A stretch of 64,000 nucleotides of DNA from Azolla caroliniana (lineage: Eukaryota; Plantae; Polypodiophyta): positions 14,694,001 to 14,758,000 of the forward strand of contig JBHGNT010000006.1 in assembly GCA_043228905.1 (NCBI GenBank), read 5' to 3'. Made by a program: the position numbers and the translations under genes. Positions 52,601-64,000 of the stretch are shown one piece after another. The notes under the pieces were generated by a model. The model worked only from the letters and a program-made list of their open reading frames with translations, was not told the DNA's origin and did not search any database. Position 1 is the first letter of the stretch, and every line of letters starts with the position of its first letter.

Positions 52601-53510
52601 GCCAAGAACGTGGCATACCACTCCCGGACCAAGCACATACAGAGAAGGTATCACTAGTTGCGGGAGAGAGTCAAAGATAGAGAGTTTGCTCTTGTAAAGA
52701 TCCATACTCACGACAATGGATCCGACATGCTAACGAATAACCTACCTATGGATAGACTCAAAGTCTGTCGACAAAATACAAGACTGACAGATTTCCTCCC
52801 ACAAGAGTGAAGGGGGAGTTTGTTGGGAATATGTCCCTCTAGTGGGAGGAAGAGCCGACTACTCGGAAAGTTGACTATCGAAGGGTCAAAAACAGTGATT
52901 CAACTGTTTGAGAATTCGACTGTTATTACTATTATGGTAATAGTAATGATTATGTTAGGAAACATGTCACTCCGGATGGGGAGGAAAATCCGACCGTCAA
53001 GAAAGCCGACAGTCGAGGAGCCGAGTTGATAAGGAACTCGGCTGAAACCGGAATCGTGTAAATAGCCAACTTGGGAGACTATATTTGTAAATAGTCTAAG
53101 TGTGCGTCCCATGAGGGCTACGTATGTAAATAGCCAGAAAAGTTGCGTAAGTATATATGCAACTAGGTCAAACTTTAACAGTGTGAAAAAACTGAGTTAG
53201 AAGTCCTCGTGTGTAGGAGAGCGAGAGAGAGAGGGTGTATGTGAGCCACGCCATAGCTGTGTGAGTAACAGTAGACGCGAAGAGCCCTGTCCGGCTGATA
53301 CACTCGACAGAGTGTTGTAACCTTCTCACTATTGTATATCCACGATTTATATAGTGAAGATTTTGTTCACCCGTGGTTTTCCCTGTTTTAGGGTTTCCAT
53401 GTAAATCTCTGTGTATACTTCTGTTTATGTTGTCTTTCTGTATTCCTGTACTTCGTATTTCAGTGCGTAGTTCGTTTATTTGTGATCTATTCCGCATCGA
53501 TTTCTCAACA
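49679..53510 (+). mobile_element. 5'-truncated degenerate Tnt1/Tork-like copia (copia-4) with a 3' LTR at 52821-53510
   Basis: Begins mid-protease (..EYFSTY..VKMGDSG); INT, RT and RH motifs with stops; PPT gtgaagggggagtt; LTR tgttggg...ctcaaca. Confidence 0.92.
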
Positions 53511-53995
53511 TATGTGTCATGACCGTTTTGGACTACTTGAAGGCGACAAGTACCATTAGGAACATACAAGAGTTTCGAATAAACCAGTAGATCATCCAAA
53601 TAGATGATCAAAAAATAATCCAAGACATTTCGGAATATATCATTTGCCATGTGTTGGAAGACTGTTGGCACATTAGTGAGGCCGAATGGCATGACCGTAT
53701 ACTCGAAGTGCCCATATCTAGTGTGAAACGCAGTCTTCCATTCATCTCCTGGTCGGATCCATACAAGGTTATACGCTCCTCGTAAGTCGATCTTTGTGAA
53801 GAACCTTGCACCATTGATCCATTCTAAAAGACTTGAGATAAGAGGAAGTGCATACCTATTTCTGATGGTGACTTTATTCAACCCATGGTAATCTACGACG
53901 AGACGAAGTGAGCCATCCTTTTTCTTGACGAAGAAAATGGGTGTGTTGGCTGGAGATTTCGAATGTTGAATGAAACCATTTGCCAAATTCTCCTC
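53511..53995 (-). pseudogene. Chromovirus-like gypsy RT fragment fused by internal deletion to the start of integrase
   Basis: [51 protein letters not shown] joined directly to [15 protein letters not shown]. Confidence 0.88.
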
Positions 53996-56900
53996 TATTA
54001 GCCGGCTAGCAAGGGAAGTCCAGAATGTTAAAAGGGGGATAATTAATAACCGGGAGCTGATTAGTTGTAATGTTACAATATAGAATTATTATGATTTTGA
54101 GAAGCGAACGGACGGACCCGGAGTCGGTATGCCGATCCGGATCCGAACCGGTTCGTAGCTGGTTGCTAGTTGGCAACAGTTTGTACCTAAAGCCGGAGAC
54201 CTATAAAAGGGCCCGGTTAGATTGTAATCAGGAGCAGATAATTAATAGAGTGTTGTTGTTATGTATCTTAATCATTGTTAATTACCGTTCTGTGTTAAGT
54301 GTAATTTATCCTACGCGTGTATTGTGACTAATGATATTGTCGTTAGTAACCAATTAGGGTTCCATTAATAGTCGGTCTAACTCTATCGCACCGCAACACC
54401 CCTTTGGTGAAGTGTCTCAAAGGGACAACCTATGTTAGGCCATTGTCTGGCCTTAGCGATAACACAGTTTTTGGCGACCACGATTCCTACACAAACGCAG
54501 CGGGCATGGATGACTAGCCCAACAAACGACCTGGTTACGAAACGAGCAAGAAGACTTGCCAAACGATTACGAAAGCGAGAGGCTTTCCAACAGGCGGGAG
54601 AAGAGATCCGTGCGGATCGGTCATTTTCGAAAGTAATCCGGCAAGTGGCCGTAGATTCACTCCGCGGGCAGCAGAATTCCCAACTGGACGAAGGAAGCAA
54701 CTTGAGCAGTCTCCGGGACGCGGAATCCCTTCTGCAAGCACTAGTGATAGGGGGAGGCGATTCGGAACCATTCTCGGCCTTCGAATCGGATTCGGACGGT
54801 GAATGCAGCGCCCATTCAAATTACCGTAGCAGCCACGATACCCCAACGAACACAGAAGCTCATGTCTATGCATTTCTGCAAACATGGGAAGCAAACCATG
54901 TGTCGCAACGCTTGAGCACTGCTGAAGCAGAACGCTCAAAGATTGCAGAGTTCGGCATGACCTTGGAAGGACCAGCCACGCGATGGCGCTTGACGCACAC
55001 CCCCGGCACCATCACGATGTTTGAGGACTTAAAAACCATATTTTTACAGTTCTTCAACAAGGAGGTGGATCTACGGGAGACGGTTGGCCTATTCTACACC
55101 ATACGGCAGGAACCTACGAAAACCCTTTAGCAATTCGTAATACAGTTCCAACGAATGCACATTCAGCTCAATCGGGCACCACCGGAGGCCGAGGCGAAAG
55201 CAATATTCCTAGCTGCACTCAGGGAACCCCTACGCACGGTGTGTGGAGTGATCGATTTCCGCGCCAACACGATCGACCAAGTCATACAACGGGTCAGGGA
55301 GATGGAGAAAACAAGCTTGTGGCTAACAATGGGGGCACTCCAGCATACATTACCGACAAAAGACGACCTACGTTCTCGGTAAGCTATACAATGTACGACT
55401 TGTCTCAATGCCAGGCACTCAGCAATAGAATGTACCATGCAGACACAGTGCATGTTATGCCCTTCCAGGATGCACACAATGGATAGATGCGAATATAACT
55501 TGCTAAACCGGCAAGCGGCACCGGTAAGGCAAATCGAACCCTGGAGCAACCAAGAGGAGGAAAAAGAACGTTGGCGGCAAGATGAGCGTTCCCGGTTGGT
55601 GCAAGATACCCGAAACAGAAACAAAAAGGACACTCACGACCGAGACCGGCAAGATAGCTACCGGGATTACAACGGTGAACAATATGAGCGATACAACCGG
55701 GATCACTCCCTAGGTTACAACCAACGGAGGGAGGATCAAGGCAACTATGAAAACCGGCCCCAAAAGGGTTACCGGAACAAAAAACGCTTCAAAAAAAAAT
55801 GGAACGCTAGAAAGGAGGACCGCTAGTGGCAGTTGGACAAGGGCACGCTAAGTACCCAACCGGACCAAGGCCAAGCACCCAACCGACCACCAATAGGACC
55901 TCAACCGGGTACCGGAGCAAACGTCGAATCCATCAACACCCAGAAAGCGTACTACTATTATTTCCGGCAAGAAGGACATTACAATAATCAATGTCCGATT
56001 AAAAGCTACGAGAAAAGACCAGTCGTAATTATGGTGGTAGCAGAAGTCGTCGACATACAACAAGTCACCACCAGGGCAAAAGGCAAAACAACAGAGTGGG
56101 AAACACAGGAGGCAATGCGAAAGCAAGCCACCGAGTGGGTGAAGAAGGCAAATGAGCAAAATGTGGTTGAGCTTGAATAACAAAAGGAGAAACCGGAAGG
56201 GGCCACAAACACGATTCAGCCGGAAAACCCAACATGGCAAGCGTTACAAGAATGTCAGATTACGCTGCCATTGGGTCGGTTATTACAGCTAGTGCCCCGA
56301 TTTACGGAAGGGCTAAAATCAGGAATGAACACATCAATTCCATTGCCGACTCCTGCGTTCTTCTCAAATCCGGAAGAAGGGCCAGTAGTGGTAGACACGA
56401 ATAGTCCGGCAATCACCACCATCGTCAAAGGACGAGAACTACCAGGGACGATTGTGGACGGAGGATCGGGCGTGAACTTGATCAGTCTATGGACTTGTAA
56501 TACCCTGGGAATCCAGGAATGGGAGCCTTGCCCATTTTGGCTCCGGATGGCAGATACAAGTTCGGTAAGACCTACCGGTTTGATACGGGATCTAGACGTA
56601 ACTATCAGAGGTCACGTATTCCGCATTTCGGCGGATGTTCTCCAGCTCAATGCGCAAGGGGCTTACTCGCTATTGTTGGGCCGCCCATGGCTAAAAACGG
56701 TGCATATCAAACAAAACTGGCGGAAAAACATGATTACCTTCCGATGAGGAAAGACTAAAGTAAGGGTACCTACCCACCTCGAGCAAGTATAGGCAAGGAG
56801 CTGACACTACTATATGCGGAAGGTGTAAACATGCTCGAGGGGCTTGCGGACGAAGAGGTCGACCAATACTTAGAAGAAAACCCAAAAATTGTACCCCTAT

Positions 56901-58252
56901 TTGAAATCGATGTGGCGGAAGCAATGTCACCATATAGAATGCAATCGGACAACGTCGTCGAGGAACCAGATCAGGAAGCTATCAGAGAATTACGGCAAGC
57001 ATAGGAAGCTCTGGAGAGGGAGATGGCAGTATCCCAATGCGTGAAAGCATCCTAGTTAGCGAAAGTGAACTTAGGGACCGGGGACAACACTAGACCGGTT
57101 CATATTGCTAAGAAAATGTCACAGGACAACAGGACGGCGATGACCACTTTATTAAAGGAATTCCACGACGTATTCACCTAGTCCTATGAAGACATGCGGG
57201 GGTTGGATCCTCAGTTGTACCAACACCAAATACACCTCAGTAAGGATGCCAAACCGGTAGCACAACGGCATTACCGGATGAACCCTAACTATGCGGCAAA
57301 GGTGAAAGAGGAAATTGACAAGTTGCTACGGATTGGTTTTATCCGACCAGTGAAAAAAGCTACATGGTTAAGTCCCATAGTCGTCGTGCCGAAAAAGAAC
57401 GATAAGATCCGTGTGTGCGTTGATTACCGGAAACTCAATGCGGCGACAGTGACCGACGCCTTTCCACTGCCGTTTACAAATGGAGTGTTGGACGCGGTAG
57501 CCGGTCATGAAGTGTATAGCTTCCTAGACGGTTTCAGCGGCTACAATCAAATAAGGATGCACCCCGACGACCAAGACAAGATGGCATTCGTCACCGAATG
57601 GGGAGTCTTTGTCACAGTGGTAATGATGTTCGGGCTCAAGACCGCGTTGGCGACCTTCCAACGAATAATCATGGAAATATTTGGCGAGTTCATTCCGGCA
57701 TTCATGCAGGTATTCCTAGATGACTTCGCCGTGTATAGCTGAGAAGGAGAACATCTCCAACACCTTCGGTTATTTCTTGAGAAATCCAGGAGTTATCGGC
57801 TAAGCCAGAATCCAGCAAAGTGTGTGTTCAGAGTAACAAGCGGTGCATTGTTGGGCCATCTTGTCAGCAAGGACGGGATCATGGTAGACCCCGATAAGGT
57901 GAAAGCAATCTTAGAAGCACCGGCACCATCCACGGCCAAAGATTTGACTCGGTTTCTAGGGCAAATCCGGTGGCATAGCCGAATGCTCCCGTATTTGGCC
58001 AATCTTGCTACACCATTGCATGTTGCGGTTCACCGGACATCGTTCCAATGGACAAATATGGAGGATGAGGCTTACCGGTGTCGTAAAGTACGAAAGCTTC
58101 ACATTAAAAGTCTACAATAAGATAAATACGTAACTAAAATAAAATAAATGTTGATAATATTTTATACATAAAGATAATATTAACAACACACACTATGATA
58201 ATATTATACATTATATGTAGAGGTAAATAAATAAATATATATGTTATATTAC

Positions 58253-58495
58253 ATGGACGAGAGAGCACTTGAGCCAATAACCCCCGCCTTATGACACTCA
58301 AACCTTACCATTTAGCGTATACTAATAATTTACACAAAATTATATGCGTTGTTTTATTTGAAGTAATATTTTATAGTCTAAACCATGTAATATACTACAT
58401 GCACACCATATAGCATATCACATGGGCAAAAGAGGACTTGAACCAACAACCCCAACCTTATGGCATTCAAATCTTACCATTTAGCCTATACTTGT
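58253..58495 (-). ncRNA. Two degenerate tRNA-like (SINE-head-like) cassettes in the element E LTR (copies at ~62160-62400)
   Basis: Minus strand: taggctaaatgg (A-box-like) ...ccataa... ggttcaagtcc (B box) with tRNA spacing; a second related copy lies ~170 bp away. Confidence 0.55.
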
Positions 58496-58525
58496 GATGT
58501 GTAAAAAATATATGTGTTGTATTAT

Positions 58526-58810
58526 TTGAGGGGAATTACGTTGACTCGCTTTTCAGTCCAGGTAGCCACCGGTTTTGCCACGACTTCTTATTATCGCCCG
58601 ACCGTTACAGAAGCTTTTTCTTCGGTTGAATATATAATGACTGAAGTCAATTTTGGATGGCTGATTCGATCTGTCCATCGATGGTCAGCGAATATGATGG
58701 TTCCAATGATGATTCCGCATGTATCTCGTGTACATCTTACAGGAGGATTCAAAAAACCCCGTGAATTGACTTGGGTTACTGGTGTAATTCTAGCTGTACT
58801 AATTGTATCT
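58526..58810 (+). pseudogene. petB: Plastid-derived cytochrome b6 fragment (NUPT), unedited
   Basis: [56 protein letters not shown] is cytochrome b6 sequence. Confidence 0.95.
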
Positions 58811-58980
58811 GTATTTGTCGTCCAGGTTGATCGAATGGTGCAGAAATAGCTCAAACTGAATGTATGAAATATGGTTCAATATCCTTACATGTATCTTCTG
58901 ATTATATTGATTACGCAAGAGCAGAAATATTCACTTGTTATGGGATCCCGGGCGTCAAGGTGTGGATTCTGTATTCCAAT
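58811..58980 (+). pseudogene. rps3: Mitochondrial ribosomal protein S3 C-terminal fragment (NUMT), unedited
   Basis: Frame from 58813: [44 protein letters not shown], matching the plant mitochondrial consensus ICCSGRL.GAEIA.TEC.KYG...IDYA..E..TRYGILGVKVWISYS. Confidence 0.88.
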
Positions 58981-59004
58981 GTATGGTTTAAACCATGAAA
59001 TGCA

Positions 59005-59120
59005 CTACATGTGCACCATATAGCACGCATGCAAAAGCCTCTCTACATGTGCACCATATAGCACACATGCAAGAGCCTCTCTGCATGTGCGCCACATGGC
59101 CCACATGTAGAACCATCTCT
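59005..59120 (+). repeat. ~38-bp tandem repeats just upstream of the element E TATA box (59125)
   Basis: ctacatgtgcaccatatagcac(g/a)catgcaa(a/g)agcctct, about 3 units, in both LTRs. Confidence 0.8.
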
Positions 59121-59731
59121 TCCCTATAAAAGGAGAAGGGAGTATGGTCACAAGGGATATCACGGAATCAATCAATCATATTGAATAGAATTATTGATGG
59201 AGTTGAGGGAAATTATATTGTAAGAGATATCATAATAGAGAAAGAGTGAGAGAAGGTAAAAGCTATATTCAATCTTCAAAAGACAAGAGAAGAACTAGCT
59301 TGGCGGCGGTGGTGCTCAACTCGCAACGAAAAGGCAGAGTTTCGAGTCTTATCCTCATCGAAAGATAGAAGGGAAGATAGTGGTCTACTATCAAGAAAGA
59401 GAAGAGCGGCTACCCTGTGAGACAAAGTTCGACAGTTCAACGATGCCCACAACCATTTTGTAACTCTTTCATGAAATAATTATAAATTTCATACATTCCC
59501 TCAATTATCCCTTTACATCCTATCTTGTCATATCTTGTTGATCACTATTTATCTATTTCTACTCTTTCGTCTCTTCCGTCCAAAATCCCAGTGATTCCTT
59601 CCTCACTTTCATGTTATCTTCTATCGACGCAATGCTACGCTTCTAGGCTAACCACGCCACGACACAATCTGGTGAACCCGACGTGAAACGGGGAAGTAGA
59701 AGACACATCTAAAGTAAAGATCAACATCAAC

Positions 59732-61868
59732 ATGGCAAGTACGAGTACAATGGATCCAGTAATGTTGTTTATTGAAAAGTTGAATCAAGATCGATTATTT
59801 CATGCCTTACGTGAAGTCCGAGAGAAGATTGGTATGTTTGATGGCACAAATATTTTGAAGTATGTGAATATATATTATGATAAAATGGAAATGTTTGGTA
59901 TAAATGATGTCAATATGATAGCAAACTTTTATAAATTAGTGGAAATGGAATTAAGAGATAGAATTCGTGAAATACAAGCATTGCATAGTTTGGATTGGAA
60001 TGCATTCAAAGAAGCACTTGTGTCTGAATATGCTCGTGAGGATTTCTCTCGAGTTACTATGCGTTCATTTCATGAATGGATCTTAAAAGAAGATAAAGGG
60101 TTATCTGTGGCTGACACAAAAAAAGAGTTTGATAGGATGTATGGACACCTAAAGACAGAAGAAAGAAATTCTTTGTCTTGGCAAAAGGTTGCTTTATTTT
60201 TGCAGGCAGTTGACAAGAGATATAGAAAAGAATTGGAATTCATGCTTGAAGTACCAAATACTGAGGATGGTATAACTACAGATTGGAATGAGGTAACAAA
60301 TGCTTGTAATAAATTTATGAAAGGAATGCAAAGGAATGGTGCAATGCTACAAATACCACATGTGGGAATCACAAATCGGCTTGAGCAAAACATCGAAGTT
60401 CAAAGACTTGGTCAAGAACCGTCACACGAAATGGTCCATCAACCACGAGAAATGATCGAAACTAAGAGTGAGTCTTTGCTTGATGATTTCGTTCAGTATG
60501 AAAGATCTAACAATTAAAGTGACAAAGCTTGAGAATGGTCAGACTTCGAGGTCAAGGGAACCATTTCGACCTCGATGCATGTGGTGTGATAGTCTCGAAC
60601 ATCGATTATGTGATTGTGCGGAATATAAAGACATGGAAAATCGAGACTTGGTGTATTGGAAAAATGGTAACAATTATTTAACTGAAACTAGAAGTCCACT
60701 TACAAAGAACTTTGGTGATGGTGGTGTTAAGGTTTAATTTGAAGAAGCTAAAGCAAAGAAGGCTTCCGCAATGTACTACTCGGCAACAGCAAGAATGCGC
60801 CTCGATGACATGTCATCCCGATCATCATTCTGGGAGAAGGTTGTAAGTACCGCACAAAAGCAAAAGATGAAGATGGAAGACCTTCATGTTGCCGGAGATT
60901 CTGTAAGGAAAAACACTGGATGGGATGTTCCAGTAGATGCTATGACGGTCTATGCTCAGATGGAAGAACACCAAGAGCATGAGGTGATAGTGGAAGAAAA
61001 AAGGAAAAGGACGGATGATGAGATTGGCTCAACCAAAAAGCATGAAACAAGAGAAAGTAAAAGAAAAGAGATGGATGCAAAAGTTGAAAAAGGTAAATCT
61101 GGTCTTGCATTCAAATTAATGTCTGATATTGAAAAGGATACAGATTTAAAGAAAATTTTAGAAACAAGAATACTAGATAGTCGAGTAGAATTTACACTAA
61201 GAGAAGTGTTAGGTATTGCAAAAAAGGAATTTCATGATGAAATAATTGATATTGTGCGAAGAAAGAAGCAAGTAAATGAGCAGGTTAAAGAGACAAATAC
61301 GAAGGTGGCATATGAGTCGAACAATATCATTGTTGACTCTCAACATGCATCAACCTCAATGATAAGTTCAACAGAGACAAGAAGCCACTACTCTCGCAAA
61401 TGTTGGGCAAGAGCCACTACTGAACATCATGTGAAGATTGGAAATGTTCCAGACCCGGTGATCGCACTTATTGACCATGGTTTTGAAATAAATATAATGA
61501 GTGCTGATTTTTACATGAAAGGTAAATGGCCAATTGATACTCAGCATGGTTGGCGCATAAAAGCGGCCACATCAGTCACCGAAGATTTATTTGGTGCATG
61601 CCCAAATGTAAAGGTTACTATTGGTGATATAGAGGTAGATCAACATTTCTTTGTGCAGGAAGGATCTACCTATCCGATAATCTTGGGGCAACCATACATC
61701 ACAGCGGTACGAATGGAGACCAAAGTCCTCGATAATGGTTCTGCCTATGCAAAGATTCGAAGCCAAGATGGACGAAGAACTGTACAGTTTATGACAATTC
61801 GTCCCAATCATGAGAGGAACAAGGTAGACCTTCGAGATCATTTGATACCAAAAGAATGTGGTACCTAG
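59732..61868 (+). pseudogene. Element E gag-protease (frameshift near 60490, stop at 60735)
   Basis: gag-like helical ORF, CMWCDSLEHRLCDC knuckle, protease ALIDHGFEINIM...IILGQPY; no RT, RH or INT follows before the PPT. Confidence 0.88.
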
Positions 61869-64000
61869 AAAGAGGATAAAACTTTTTAAGAAAAGGTGCG
61901 AGCTTGAACCTCCTCCAATAGATCAACATGAAGATGAAATATAGTGGCACATGCCGGAGGATGTGCAGGTCTAGAGGGGGTGGATGTCGTGAAGTACGAA
62001 AGCTTCACATTAAAAGTCTACAATAAGATAAATACGTAACTAAAATAAAATAAATGTTGATAATATTTTATACATAAAGATAATATTAACAACACACACT
62101 ATGATAATATTATACATTATATGTAGAGGTAAATAAATAAATATATATGTTATATTACATGGACGAGAGAGCACTTGAGCCAATAACCCCCGCCTTATGA
62201 CACTCAAACCTTACCATTTAGTGTATACTAATAATTTACACGAAATTATATGCGTTGTTTTATTTGAAGTAATATTTTATAGTCTAAACCATGTAATATA
62301 CTACATGCACACCATATAGCATATCACATAGGCAAAAGAGGACTTGAACCAACAACCCCAACCTTATGGCATTCAAATCTTACCATTTAGCCTATATTTG
62401 TGATGTGTGTAAAATATATGTGTTGTACTATTGTATGGTTTAAACCATGAAATGTACTACATGTGCACCATATAGCACGCATGCAAAAGCCTCTCTACAT
62501 GTGCACCATATAGCACACATGCAAGAGCCTCTCTGCATGTGCGCCACATGGCCCACATGTAGAACCATCTCTTCCCTATAAAAGGAGAAGGGAGTATGGT
62601 CACAAGGGATATCAAGGAATCAATCAATCATATTGAATAGAATTATTGATGGAATTGAGGGAAATTATATTGTAAGAGATATCATAATAGAGAAAGAGTG
62701 AGAGAAGGTAAAAGCTATATTCAATCTTCAAAAGACAAGAGAAGAACTAGCTTGGCGGCGGTGGTGCTCAACTCGCAACGAAAAGGCAGAGTTTCGAGTC
62801 TTATCCTCATCGAAAGATAGAAGGGAAGATAGTGGTCTACTATCAAGAAAGAGAAGAGCGGCTACCCTGTGAGACAAAGTTCTCGACAGTTCAACGATGC
62901 CCACAACCATTTTGTAACTCTTTCATGAAATAATTATAAATTTCTTACATTCCCTCAATTATCCCTTTACATCCTATCTTGTCATATCTTGTTGATCACT
63001 ATTTATCTATTTCTACTCTTTCGTCTCTTCCATCCAAAATCCCAGTGATTCCTTCCTCACTTTCATGTTATCTTCTATCGACGCAACGCTACACTTCTAG
63101 GCGAACCACGCCACGACACTGGGCACTGAAAGTACTATTATCACAAGCACCGGTAGTGCAACCACCAGACTAGTCAAAAGCATTCCACATGTTCATTGAT
63201 GCGTCCGACATAGCAATCGGCAGTGCACTAATGCAACTGACGGAACTGAAATGGTACCGATCGGTCTATTATGCTAACCGGAAACTATCCCAAGCAGAAC
63301 GAAATTATTCAACAATGGAACGAGAAGCCTTAGGGATGATTTATAGTGTTACCAAGTTCAGTCACTATTTATTGGGAAAAAAAATTCATTTCATGTCAAC
63401 CACTCAGCGCTATTATATTTGGTCTCAAAGATATCGCTCACCGGCAAGCTAGCCCGATGGACATTGTTGCTACAAGAGTTTGAGTTCGAAATATATCATC
63501 GGCCGGGAATACAACATGCGGTTGCCGATTACCTGAGCCGGTTAGATTCCGGCGAGACCGGTGATGGAATCTCGGATGAGTTTCCGGATGCCAAGTTATT
63601 TAAAGTAACAGCAGAAACGGCAGCTAATAGCACGGTAGCCAATGAAGACAAATGGCTAACCAACATGCATCAATTCCTAAGCACGGGACTCCCACCAAAG
63701 GAGATGAACCGGGACGAGTGGAAGCGGTTAGCGGTGCAAAACCGACTTTTTTGTCTACTACAGGACACCCTGTACCACAAAGGCGCGGATGGCATATGAC
63801 GGCGAGCAGTGCGAAGCGACGAAAAGGACACAATATTACGAGAAGCGCACTGTGGCCTTGCCGGAGGGCACTATGCCGGGGATGCTACAGCAAGAAAGAT
63901 ATGGCACAGCGGGCTATGGTGGCCGACGACACGAAAGGACTCGGTTCGGTACGTGAAAGTCTATGATTTATGTCAACGGATGGGCCAACCAACAGAACAG

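Larger units (their letters stand above)
58079..63118 (+). mobile_element. Non-autonomous gypsy-type LTR element E encoding only gag and protease
   Basis: LTRs at 58079-59664 and 61985-63118 (tgtcgt...acgaca), PBS tggtgaacccgacgtga at 59670-59686, PPT agagggggtgga at 61973-61984, TSD ccgg/ctgg. Confidence 0.95.
53996..64000 (+). mobile_element. Athila-like Ty3/gypsy, copy D (older, many stops), interrupted by element E, continues past the window
   Basis: 5' LTR at ~53996-54464, PBS tggcgaccac at 54472-54481, gag-PR-RT to 58078, RH-INT resuming at 63123. Confidence 0.93.

Noticed and set aside
53168-53510. C-terminal extension of the 272-aa RT ORF as a novel domain
   Set aside because: It is read-through into the antisense strand of the copia-4 LTR.
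58253-58495. Functional tRNA genes
   Set aside because: Acceptor and anticodon stems do not pair properly; kept only as tRNA-like cassettes.
58514-58849. Functional nuclear cytochrome b6 gene
   Set aside because: Internal fragment with no true start or transit peptide, unedited codons, and fused out of frame to rps3.

Overview
This window is plant nuclear DNA. Arabidopsis-type TTTAGGG repeats and unedited C-to-U and U-to-C organelle fragments point to a fern, lycophyte or hornwort-like host. Apart from a possible host-gene 5' end near 0.9-1.9 kb, it is almost entirely a nested retrotransposon cluster. It holds an L1-like LINE 3' end split by a full-length copia, three Tnt1/Tork-like copia elements, four copies of an Athila-like gypsy family (tRNA-Arg PBS; three show a long 3' accessory ORF), chromovirus-like fragments, solo or remnant LTRs, and a non-autonomous gag-protease-only LTR element. 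The most notable observations are: (1) that gag-PR element has a tRNA-Trp PBS, a 4-bp TSD and two antisense tRNA-like cassettes in each LTR; (2) its 5' LTR alone carries a ~454-bp chimeric insert of unedited plastid petB fused to unedited mitochondrial rps3; (3) telomeric repeats replace 32 bp inside a copia; (4) two copia relatives share LTR ends and pol but have very divergent capsid domains. All alignments were done by eye, so boundaries may be off by a few bases and lineage names are tentative.
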